DNA of 64,000 nt from Cyanophora paradoxa CCMP329. Lineage: Eukaryota; Plantae; Glaucophyta. Where the stretch lies: assembly GCA_004431415.1 (NCBI GenBank), contig QPMI01000260.1, positions 32,759 to 96,758 of the forward strand, written 5' to 3'. Both the position numbers and the translations under genes were made by a program. The notes below the pieces were generated by a model that was given only the letters and a program-made list of their open reading frames with translations, made no database searches and was not told where the DNA came from. This document shows, in pieces, positions 24,601-34,300 of the stretch (its first letter is position 1; each line of letters begins with the position of its first letter).

Positions 24601-26446
24601 GCGCCCTCCTCCAGGCCCGCCCGCCCCGCCCGCCCCGTCGCGCTCCAGGCGCGAGCCCCCCGCAGATGGGCACCTCAAAGGAGAACTTCGTGCAGCTGAG
24701 CCAGCGCATCGGGCAGCGCACCGGCGGGAGTGCGCCGCCGCCGGCCTCGCCCCGCCGGCCCCGGCCCTGACGCCGCTGCAGTCAAGACGTCGACGTTCAC
24801 GTCGGCGGGGAGCATGGGGGGCCCCCCGCAGACGTGGCTGATGGTGCGCGGCAAGGCGATGCGGAGCGAGGCCGGCGAGCTGCTCGACGTGCTGCGCGAG
24901 GTCATCCCTTCGATCGCTCTGTGAACCGACCGGGCCCTCTTGAGCGGTCGGGGCCGGATGCAGGTCCTCACGGATCTCCGGCTGGACGACCCCGCGCGCT
25001 TCAAGCAGATCCTCCTCGAGCAGAAGGCGCCCCGCCCTTGATTCGCCCCTTGACCTTGCCCCCTGAATATTCAAGCGCAGGCCGCCCTCGAAGCGCGCCT
25101 GGTACCCGCTGGCCACACGCTGGCCGGGCAGCGACTTGCGGCCTGCTTCAGCGCGGCGGATTGGGCGGCGGAGCAGCTCGGCGGCATCTCGCAGCTGGCC
25201 TTCCTGCGGTGGGCGGCCCGCCGGCGGGCGGGGCGCGGGGGGCGACGGTGCCGGCAGGGCCCTCTCGGAGAAGGTGGATCGAGAGTGGGGCGACGTGCTG
25301 GCGGCCCTCAAGCGGGTGCAGGCGGCCCTCGTGGACCGCTCCTCCATGATTGGTGCGGGGCGCCCCGGGGGGCTCCGACCGGGCCGGCCCGGCGCGGCGC
25401 GGCCCGACACGGCCCGCAGCGAATGTAACCCTCGACGACGCCGGCTTCGCCCAGTTCGCCCCCCAGGTCCCCAGCCCCCTCCTTCCTCCCCCCGCCCCCC
25501 CGTGACCCTCGCCCAGCTCGACGCGATGCTGGCGTCGCTGCCGGAGGGGGCGCCGCGCGGGGCCGTGTGGACGCCGAGCCTGCTGGCGGGCGGCGAGGGC
25601 TTCTGCATCCCCGCCCAGGTCGGCTACGTCGGCAAGAGCGCCAACCTCTACGACCTCGGCTACCAGCTCGACGGCAGCGCCCTCGCCATCTCCAACTTCT
25701 TGTCCTCTGGCTACCTCTGGCTCGCTCCCCGCCCTGCGCCCCCTCGCCGCCCCTGACGGCGCGCAGGAACGAGGTGCGAGTGCAGGGCGGCGCCTACGGC
25801 GGCTTCTGCCGCTTCGACCCGCGCTCCGGCGTCTTCACCTTCCGTGCGCGGGGCGCGGGGCGCGTGTGCGGCGCTGGGCGCAGTCGAGGCGGGCGCAGTG
25901 AGCTACCGGGACCCGAACCTGCTGCGGACGCTGGGGGCGTACGACGGGGCGGCGGAGCACCTGCGGACGGTGGATCTCTCGGAGCAGGCCCTCACGCAGG
26001 CCGTCCTCGGCACCTTCGGCGACCTCGACGCCTACCAGCTCCCCGACGCCAAGGGCATGTGCGCCCCCAGGGAGCCCGCCAGCCTAGCCGCCCGCCCCCC
26101 GCGCGCGCGGCCCCGTCTCGTACACGCGCGTCCTGACTCACCTACGCGTCGCCGCGAGCACATCAGGACGGCATTCGTTCGCCACGTGGTCGGAGACACG
26201 GACGAGTACCGGCAGCGCATCCGCGACCAGGTCCGCGGGGCCTCCGCCAAGCAGTTCCGCGAGTTCGGGGACGTCATGGCGGAAGTGGCGAAGCAGGGCA
26301 AGGTCCGCCAGCCCCCGCCGCGGCCCCGCCGGCCGGCGGCCGGCCAACCGCGGGGCGCGTAGGTCGTCGTCATCGGGAACAAGGACTCCATCGAGAAGGC
26401 GAACACCGAGAAGGGAGCTCCCTTCCTCAAGCCCATCCAGCTCTAG
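20732..26446 (+). CDS. PREP: Presequence protease (PreP/PITRM1, M16C) with N-terminal organelle-targeting leader, many introns
   Basis: [27 protein letters not shown] (HXXEH), [41 protein letters not shown] and SYRDPNL. Ser/Ala/Arg-rich leader [10 protein letters not shown]. Confidence 0.95.
24107..24441 (+). repeat. Expanded PreP intron built from about 5 degenerate TGCAGTAATCCAG(A/T)AATCTAGA repeats
   Basis: GTACGT donor after ..DILYL and ..CGCCAG acceptor before DLALD. About 335 nt long versus the typical 50-70 nt. Confidence 0.75.
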
Positions 26447-26658
26447 ACCTCTTTGCCGCGCGCAGTGCTTCTCTCTTGTATGTTGTACAATTCGACGAGT
26501 TCTGAGAGATATCGATCTAGAAGTTCGGCCATGTACACGTGCAACGTTAACCGTACGCGTACGCGCAGCGCGCGCACTGCAGCTGCGGCACGCGCCGGCT
26601 GAGCGCCTCGTACGCGCGTACGAGGCTGCGGGAACCATTATTAAGTGAACTGATACTA

Positions 26659-26896
26659 GTGCACATTGATAACACTGGCATGCTAGCCGCGGACAACGCA
26701 GGCTAGAAGCGGCGGTGCTAACTACGGGGGCGAGAAGCCGCGGACGACGCAGGCAGGGCCCTCTGAAGGGGGGCGCGCAACTTCCCCCTGGGGGTTCCTA
26801 CAAACTACGATGGGGACGAGGGGGGGCCTGCCGCGGCGGGGCCCGCAGGTCTAGGCGAAGACGGAGGTAGCTAGGCCGAGGGAGGAAGCACCAAGA
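26659..26896. repeat. About 240-bp direct repeat, copy 1 (copy 2 at 28032-28277)
   Basis: Near-identical GTGCACATTGATAACACTGGC...GGAAGCACCAAGA. Confidence 0.9.
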
Positions 26897-27104
26897 ACGG
26901 ACTCCGGTGCCGGGGCACCGGCCGCCGCCGGGGCATGCGCAGCTGCAGCCGGCGCCGGAGAGGGGAGCGGCCCGAGCGGGGCGAGCCGCACGGGCTTCAT
27001 CCTCCGCCCCGCGTCCACGCCGGAGAAGAAGCGCAGGGCGATGTTCTTGCGGAAAGAAGCATATTAGAGGGGCCGCCGGGCCAAGTATCGTGGGAATCGC
27101 TATC

Positions 27105-27310
27105 AGCTATGATTACGATCGTAACTACGGCCCAGAATTACGATCGGACTCTAGGGGCCAAGTACCGCGGGGCCAGGTGAGCTATGATTACGATCGTAAC
27201 TACGGCCCAGAATTACGATCGGACTCTAGGGGCCAAGTACCGCGGGGCCAGGTGAGCTATGATTACGATCGTAACTACGGCCCAGAATTACGATCGGACT
27301 CTAGGGGCCA
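27105..27310. repeat. 75-bp tandem repeat x about 2.7
   Basis: AGCTATGATTACGATCGTAACTACGGCCCAGAATTACGATCGGACTCTAGGGGCC.. starts at 27105, 27180 and 27255. Confidence 0.95.
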
Positions 27311-27935
27311 GTACCGCAGCGCGCGGAGGTCGTTGACCTTGTAATTGAACCAATTGTCGATCTATAGCTAGTGTCTCAGCGCGGCGCCTCTCGACATCGC
27401 GTCACGGACGCGCGCCTGCCGCTTGCCGCAGTGCGCTTCTCATCTACGCTCGCCCGGACCTTGGCTCGAGCACATTCTCCTACATTCTTTGCGAACACCA
27501 AGGAGCGCACAGTGGTCGCCTGGAGCTCGGCTCGTGCACGTTGCATCCGCGGCCACACAATGCTCCGTCAGCTCTACGAGTCCTCGTTACGCAAACTCTA
27601 CGCCTGGATCCTCTCGTTGTTCTTCAAGACGGAGCTCGAGAAAATGCTGGGAAAACGACATTGACACAGTGCGCACGTTTGGCGAGCTGTGGCGAATTTA
27701 ATTTTTCCGGGAAGGTCGTGCCACTTCGTCTGGAAGATGTGCGTGAAGACACAAGCTTTGTATTTTTCATGGCGAACAAAAGCACAGATGAGAGCTGGGG
27801 ATGAGCGTGAATTCAGGTAAATTAACTATAAACCTCGAGGGGCGGGGAGAGGGGCGGGGGAGAGGAGGGGCGTACTAGTGCGCCCCAGCCGGTGCCGCTT
27901 CGTTGACGATCTAGACAGTTGTACCCCCCTCAACC

Positions 27936-27996
27936 CACCAGTCTGGCACCAGACTGGCACCAGTCTGGCACCAGACCGGCAGAATCCGGCACCAGT
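27936..27996. repeat. Tandem 11-mer CACCAG(T/A)CTGG x about 4-5
   Basis: Direct reading; each unit contains a CCAG-N-CTGG inverted repeat. Confidence 0.85.
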
Positions 27997-28031
27997 CACG
28001 CCCACGCGCCACGAGCTTTCTAGATCTCCAT

Positions 28032-28277
28032 GTGCACATTGATAACACTGGCATGCTAGCCGCGGACAACGCAGGCTAGAAGCGGCGGTGCTAACTACGG
28101 GGGCGAGAAGCCGCGGACGACGCAGGCAGGGCCCTCTGAAGGGGGGCGCGCAACTTCCCCCTGGGGGTTCCTACAAACTACGATGGGGACGAGGGGGGGG
28201 GGCCTGCCGCGGCGGGGCCCGCAGGTCTAGGCGAAGACGGAGGAGCTAGGCCGGGCTCGAGGGAGGAAGCACCAAGA
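28032..28277. repeat. About 240-bp direct repeat, copy 2
   Basis: Matches 26659-26896 with small indels. Confidence 0.9.
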
Positions 28278-28514
28278 GCGTCGCATAGCGCGGAGCGCGT
28301 CAGCAGTTGCATACAGGCTGCAGACAGAACGCCTACAGCTAGAACGCCGTGGCAGTCGATGCAGCTCCCAGCTGCCTTCATAGGCGTTTCTGCAGGCCCC
28401 AACTTTCTTCGCGGCGCGCTCCCCGCGTGCGCATGCTGATTTCGTGCGCAGGAACGCAAGATCACCAACTAGAGCAGAAGACAAGACAAGACTAGTGCAA
28501 GCTCCCCAGCCGAG

Positions 28515-29550
28515 CATGCCCTGCACCTGTCCCCGGAGGATGTGCGGTCGCGCCGACAGCTGCTTACGTGCATCGCCTCTGCCACAATCGCCCTTGCAGT
28601 CGGCAGCTGCCAGACAGGTCGTCCGCCCTCACAGGGCGTCGACGCGGCGAAGCTCCTGCCGCGCACCTGGATTACGCATTGAGGTCGAGTAGACCAGCGC
28701 GCTGAGTCGCGAAGATCCTCTGCGCGCGCTGGAGTCGGCTGGAGTCTACCTCACCCCAATCCTCTTCACATCCTCTGCGAGAGCTACACGCTTCCAGGTG
28801 AATGATTTCGCTGTGCCTCTCACCCTCGCTCACCAGAGTTCCCTGCAGAAGTTCCGCTCCGCCATGCGCTCGGCAATCGAGGATCCCCTGTTCCTCGACT
28901 TTCTCAGTGCGTGCCCCGTCGCCTTTGCAGCACCATGCCTGGCCAGCCCGAACGCCGGCGCAGGCTACGTTCAGTACAAGGTGATCGCGGGGCTCGTGAA
29001 GGGGCGCGCGGCGCGCCTCGCCTTCTTGAACGCTGCGGCGAGATCCTTCTCGAGAAGCTGCTTCCCCCCGGCTCCCTCCCCGGCGTCCCCGGTCCGTCCT
29101 CCCCGGCCCCTGCAGCGGACGCGGCCCTTCTAGATCTCCAGGACTCTGAGCGCTCTGCGGCAGATGAGGTGCGTGCGGGCGTGGACGGCATCGTCGACCG
29201 CTTCTCGCGAGCGAACTTCATGCGCAGCTGCACTGTGCGCTCACCCCGCGCCCGGCGTCTCGCCGGCGGGGCGCTCAAGGCTCGCAGCACAGGTGCGGTG
29301 GGGTGCGGAGGGCGAGCTCCCGGACCTGGTGCTCGCGCTGGAGGAGCCGGCGACGCTCTCGGCAGCGAGCGGGCTCGCCGCGAGCGACGGATGGCCCTTC
29401 CACACCTTCCTCGACGCCACCGTCGCCGCCTGCCTGAAGCGCATGGGCTTCCAGGTCTGCTCCGCCCGACCCCCGCGCCCCGACCTCGCCCGACGTGGCG
29501 CCGGTGCGCTTTTGCTTTCACCATTTTTAGTAGTAATTGTAATTTCATAA
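28515..29550 (+). CDS. Hypothetical intron-containing gene or gene relic
   Basis: Protein-like segments (SLQKFRSAMRSAIEDPLFLDFL; DGWPFHTFLDATVAACLKRMGFQ) separated by GT..AG. No family recognised and the ends are uncertain. Confidence 0.3.
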
Positions 29551-29844
29551 CCACAAGGTGTTTTGCGAGGCGCACGACCTGCCCACAGCCTCTGCCATTC
29601 TCAACTTCTCCATCGAGCCCCGGCCCCCAGCCCCCGCGCTCCGGTAGCGCCCCTCATCGCACCCCGGCGCCCGGACACCAGCCACAGCACCCGCTCGCAC
29701 CCCGCCTCATCGCCCCAGCTTCGCCCCTTACGCTCAGCCCCCCACCCTTCACCCCCCTACCTCGTACCCTCGGCAAGCCGGCAGAGGTGTCGGTCTTTGG
29801 TTTGTAGCATACGTTAGTAATCGGCGGTGCGGGGTGGGCGGGGG

Positions 29845-31167
29845 CTACGCGGCCTTCTTGGGGGGCCGCCCGCGGGGCCGCGGGGCGGCGGGGGTGGGGG
29901 CCTGGGCGACGATGCCCTCCTGGTAGCGGATGCAGGCGTACCAGCTGGAGCCGCCCAGGCAGGTCACGATGCCGACCGCGTTCAGCGGGGAGATGGGGTT
30001 CTGGAAGATGGCGGCGCCGAGGGCGGTTTGGATCATGCCCTTGGCGGTGCCGGCGATGGTGTGCGTAAGGGGGCTGGTGTGCTTGATCTGGAGGAAGGTG
30101 GCGATGTTGATGAGGTAGCCGACGAGGGCGGCGCCCGTCATGTACTGCCAGAAGGTCCGGTCGTACAGGAAGCCGCTCTCCCGCAACACGGTGAAGTCTC
30201 CCATGAAGTACGTGATCGGGCCCAGCAGCACCACCGCGATCGCCGTGTTATAGATCTGCAGCAGGCAGTCGTCGTTCTCCAGCGCCCGCATCGTCCGCTT
30301 CACCCCGTGCCCGTACAGCGCCAGCAACACGCTCGATAACAGGCCCCAGAACACGCCCAGCCACGAGAAGCGCAGCTCGCCCAGCGAGGCGATGAGGTAG
30401 CCCGCGACGACGACGGTGCAGGCCGCCACCACCCGCCGCGACGGGTACTTGCTTTCCAGCAGGCGCAGCAGCACAATCTGGAACACGATGTTCAGGTTCC
30501 GCACGACCTGCTCTCGCGCGTCAGCACCGTGGTGCCCCGTCCACGCCAATGTGAGCGGCACCTGGTAGAAGGAGACCTCCACATACATGAGGCAGAGGTT
30601 GTTGGCGGTGAGCATCGCCACGTACAGCATGCCGAGCGGCAGGCAGGTCTTCACGCGGTCCCAGCGGAGCTCCAGGGGCCGCCCGTACACGCCCGTCGTG
30701 CCCAGCACGGCGATGGCTATGAAAGCAACCACAAGCTGGTACCAGGTGATGAGCAGCGGGCGCTCAAAGCGGATGTTCTCTAGGACCATGATGAACCTGA
30801 AAGCGGGGGGAAGGGGCCGGCTCGCTCAGCTAGGCAACCTGGGTGGCGGGGCGAGCGCGGCGGACTTATTCAAAAAGACGAGCGAGAGGGAGATGAGCAT
30901 GTAGAAGACGACGATCGTTGCGATCTTTGCAACCTTCTGCCGCTTAGCTTCCGCCGCCGTAGCTTCAGCTTGCAGTTGGACCTTCGCTCGGGCTGGGGAA
31001 GCAGCGGACTTTGGGGGCCTGCCGCGCTTCGCCGGGCTAGGGCTCGCCCGACTCGGCGAGACCGACGGTTCGGCTTCGCGTGCGGGCGATGCTGCGGATT
31101 TGCGCGGCCTGCCCCGGCCGCGCCTGGCTGGGCTCGCGCTGTCTTCACGCGTACGCGCTGATTTCAT
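29845..31167 (-). CDS. Nucleotide-sugar transporter (GDP-fucose transporter/SLC35C1-like, TPT family)
   Basis: VVFYMLISLSLVFLNK, PLLITWYQ, NNLCLMYVEVSFYQVVR and QIKHTSPLTHTIAGTAK, with multiple TM helices and two introns. Confidence 0.88.
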
Positions 31168-31314
31168 TCCCGAGCTGCTTGCAGCACTTGCGTCGAGTCC
31201 GACGGAGGCAGCTCACAGTTTTTCTTTGCAGAGACTTTGCAGCCTTTGCAGGTTTTGCTCTCTGTGGGGGTACGCGACCGGCCGGCCTCTGCGGCGTCCG
31301 CGCGGGGCCTCGTG

Positions 31315-34300
31315 ATGTATCCGAACAATTATATGAATCCAGTCCAGCATCAGGGCACAGCTTTTCCCGTGCTGGTCTCTCCGCCGAACCTCGCCCTGCC
31401 CACGCTTCAGCGGCCCATCCAGTCTGTTCCATACATCTCCGCTGCCGAGCGGGCCGCAGGGCACGATATGCTCAGCGCGTCGCTCAGCTCGGCGGACCCT
31501 GCATTCGCCTCGCACCTCGCGGGCATGCTGCGCGCGACGAATGTGTCACACCTGTACGCGTCTTTGTCTCAGAAAGGATGATCTTTCTCCCCTGACGCCC
31601 CGGCTGCCAGGGGAACGCTTCCTCCGCATCATGCCAACCCGAGCGCCCACGGAAATGCCGCTCTGTATCTGAATCTATTTCAGCAGCAGCCGAATTCCTT
31701 CTTGCCCTGCCCTTTCCCTGCTGGAAGCTTGACCGGTGCGGATCAATTCTTCGCTCTCGTGTCGTCGTCGCTGATCTGCTGCCCGACTGTATGCACCGCC
31801 AGGAGTGTCGATGCCGCAGTTTATGCCGCCTGCGATGCTGCAGGGTGGTGGGTCCGTCGCCGCTCCGCTGTACACGACGCCGCCCGCGTCTCTGTTGTCT
31901 GGAGCACCGATTCCGGCGATGGCCCACGTGTCTTTGCCTTCGGCATTCACCAATATGCATGCTCCGCACGGTCATCCTCCGATGGCGCCCGTCGCTCCGC
32001 CGAATCCCGCACCAGGTCGGGCCGTCGCACCCGTGGCAGACGTATTCTCGGCCTCAGTTCTTAATGCGCAGTAACACCGACGAATGTTTCAACGATTCCG
32101 ATCGAAGGCACAGCCGCCGATAAACCGAAAAAGAAGAAGCGCAAGGTCTCCTTAGATGCGCAGCCCAACGTCGTCCCGGCAGCGCCCCCACCGCCTGCCC
32201 CACTTCCTGCCCCGGCAGCGGTTCCAGCTTCGAAGCCCTCGCCCTCTCCCGCCCCTTCGACTTCAAGAGCGGCTCCGGCCGCCGCTGCCCAGGCGGCCGC
32301 CGCTGCTCCTTCCCGATCTGCCGCCGCCCCGTCATCGTCCCGCTCCAGGCACTCAGCGCTGGCTTTAAACAGTGAGCAATTTTCACCCCGCCCAGCAGCT
32401 TCCGGGGCGAGCCGCTCAGGCTTGCGCGTAGCAGGCGAGGAGAACTGGCTGGTGGCGCTAGTGGACAGCATCGAGGACGCGCCCCTGCCAGCGGACGACG
32501 ACGGCGACGCCGGGGCCGCGGAGCGCACCAGCGTCCTGAGCGCGAACGACATCGACCGGGTTCGCTGCGGCGTTTCTCGCCGGGTGCGTGGGGATCTGAG
32601 TGGCCCGGCAGATCTTCGCCGAGGTAGAGAACCAGCGGCGGCAGCGCGTGCTGCACACCGTTTCGCCCGACGTCCTTTCCAAGCTTCTCGCTCTCCTTGA
32701 TGCGGCCGTCGTTGCCGGCTCGGGCGTCCCCTCCTGCATCGACGACGTCCGCCCGCCCTTCGCGACGCACCCGCCGCGGCCGACCTCCGGCCCGCAGCTG
32801 CCAGAGGAGGAGGTCACGGAGGCGGTGGCGGCCGCCAGCATGGGGCTGCGAGCCGCCCTCGCGGCGCTGCGCATCATGGCGTGCGACGAGATGCCCAAAC
32901 GCGTCATCACGGAGGAGGCGCGCCGCCCCGCTCTGCCAGCTTGCCAAGGGCGGCTCACGGGGCGCAGGTGGCGGAAAACGCGGTCACCCTGCTGCGCCAC
33001 ATTCTCGTCAACTACGTCTTCCCCGCCGCCGACCCATCCTACTCCCCGCCCGGCCGCAAGCGCGCCGCCGGTGCGCCCCCGCAGCACCCGCCTGCGACCT
33101 TGAGTGACGTTCGCATGCCAGCTGCGCTTCCGGAGCCTGCCGAAGGCGACAGGGACGCGGGCCCCAAGAAGCGCGGGCGCAAGTCGGCGGCCTCGGCGGT
33201 CGTGCAGTCGTTGTGCGCGGGGCGAAGCAAGCCGGGGCGGCGCTGCGCGGCTGACGAGGCGCAGGAGCGGGCGGCAGGCGCAGGAGCTGTCGAATGCGAG
33301 CTCGCGGCTCCTCGACGGCGTCCACGAGCTCGTCGCTCGCGAGCGCCTCCCCGTACGGCCCCGCCCCGCCCCCCGTGCCCCGCCCCCCGACGCCGCGCCA
33401 GGACGCCGTCCTCATCGCCCTCACGGGCTTGTGCGTGACGAGCTTCACGGTCGACGGGATCATCGCCCTGCAGCTCAGCTCCGTTGCCGTCCTGCGCACG
33501 GTGCCGCCCCCGGCGCGCCGGCCGCGGCGGGGGCAGCGCTGAGGGCGGGCAGATCTTCGCGCGGGTGGAAACGATGCGGGCGACGGTTCTCGACGACGTG
33601 CTGGGAGCCCTTCTGCGGGCGCCGTCGGGCAAGAGAAGTCCACGCACCTTCCGCGTCGACCTCGCCGGCGAGGAGTGCAGCGTCCAGGCCCGCCTCGGCG
33701 CCCGCGCGTCGCTGCCCGCCCCTAAGCGCCCCGCAGATGACCACCGCCCTCCTTCTGCAACTCTTCCATGCAGCCACCGAGCTCGCCTCCCCGCCGGCCG
33801 CTCCCGACGCCCCCGACGTTGCACCGCTGGCCGCGCCGCCTGCTGGGGAGGCGGGCGGGGCGCCGACACCGCGGGTGGGGCGGGGCGTGGAGGCGAGCAC
33901 GCTGGAGGGGGCGGCGGCGGCGTGCCAGCAGGTGTGCCGGACGGTTGTGCAGCGGTGCCTGCCGGACAAGGAGCTGCGGGGGGTGCTGGAGCAGCTGATG
34001 GAGGACGCGCTGGCGCTGCTGGGGGCCCCCGAGTGGCCGGCGGCCGAGCTGCTCGCCCAGGAGCTCTACCGCGCCCTCGCCGCCGTCGCCAGCCGGCGCA
34101 CCCACGAGCCCATGCTCCGCTCTTACGCCCTCGAGGCCCTCGGCGACCTCCTCGCCCGCACCCGCGAGCTCTCCACCGCCCTCGCCCGCGCCCCGATCCC
34201 CGCCGCCCTCCCCGCCCGCCCCGTCGAGCCCGCCGCCGGCGAGGCGGCGGGGCAGGGGCGCGAGGAGGACTCGCGCTGCGTGTGCGCGCGGGGCTACCGC

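Noticed and set aside
27105-27310. CRISPR-like array
   Set aside because: The units are fully identical 75-mers with no variable spacers, the context is eukaryotic, and there are no cas genes.
16318-27310. One giant transposon carrying SNX and PreP between inverted motif arrays
   Set aside because: Only short motifs match, with no contiguous TIR or TSD, and the enclosed genes look like ordinary host genes.
26659-28277. LTR/TRIM retroelement
   Set aside because: No convincing TG..CA ends, TSD, primer-binding site or polypurine tract were found.
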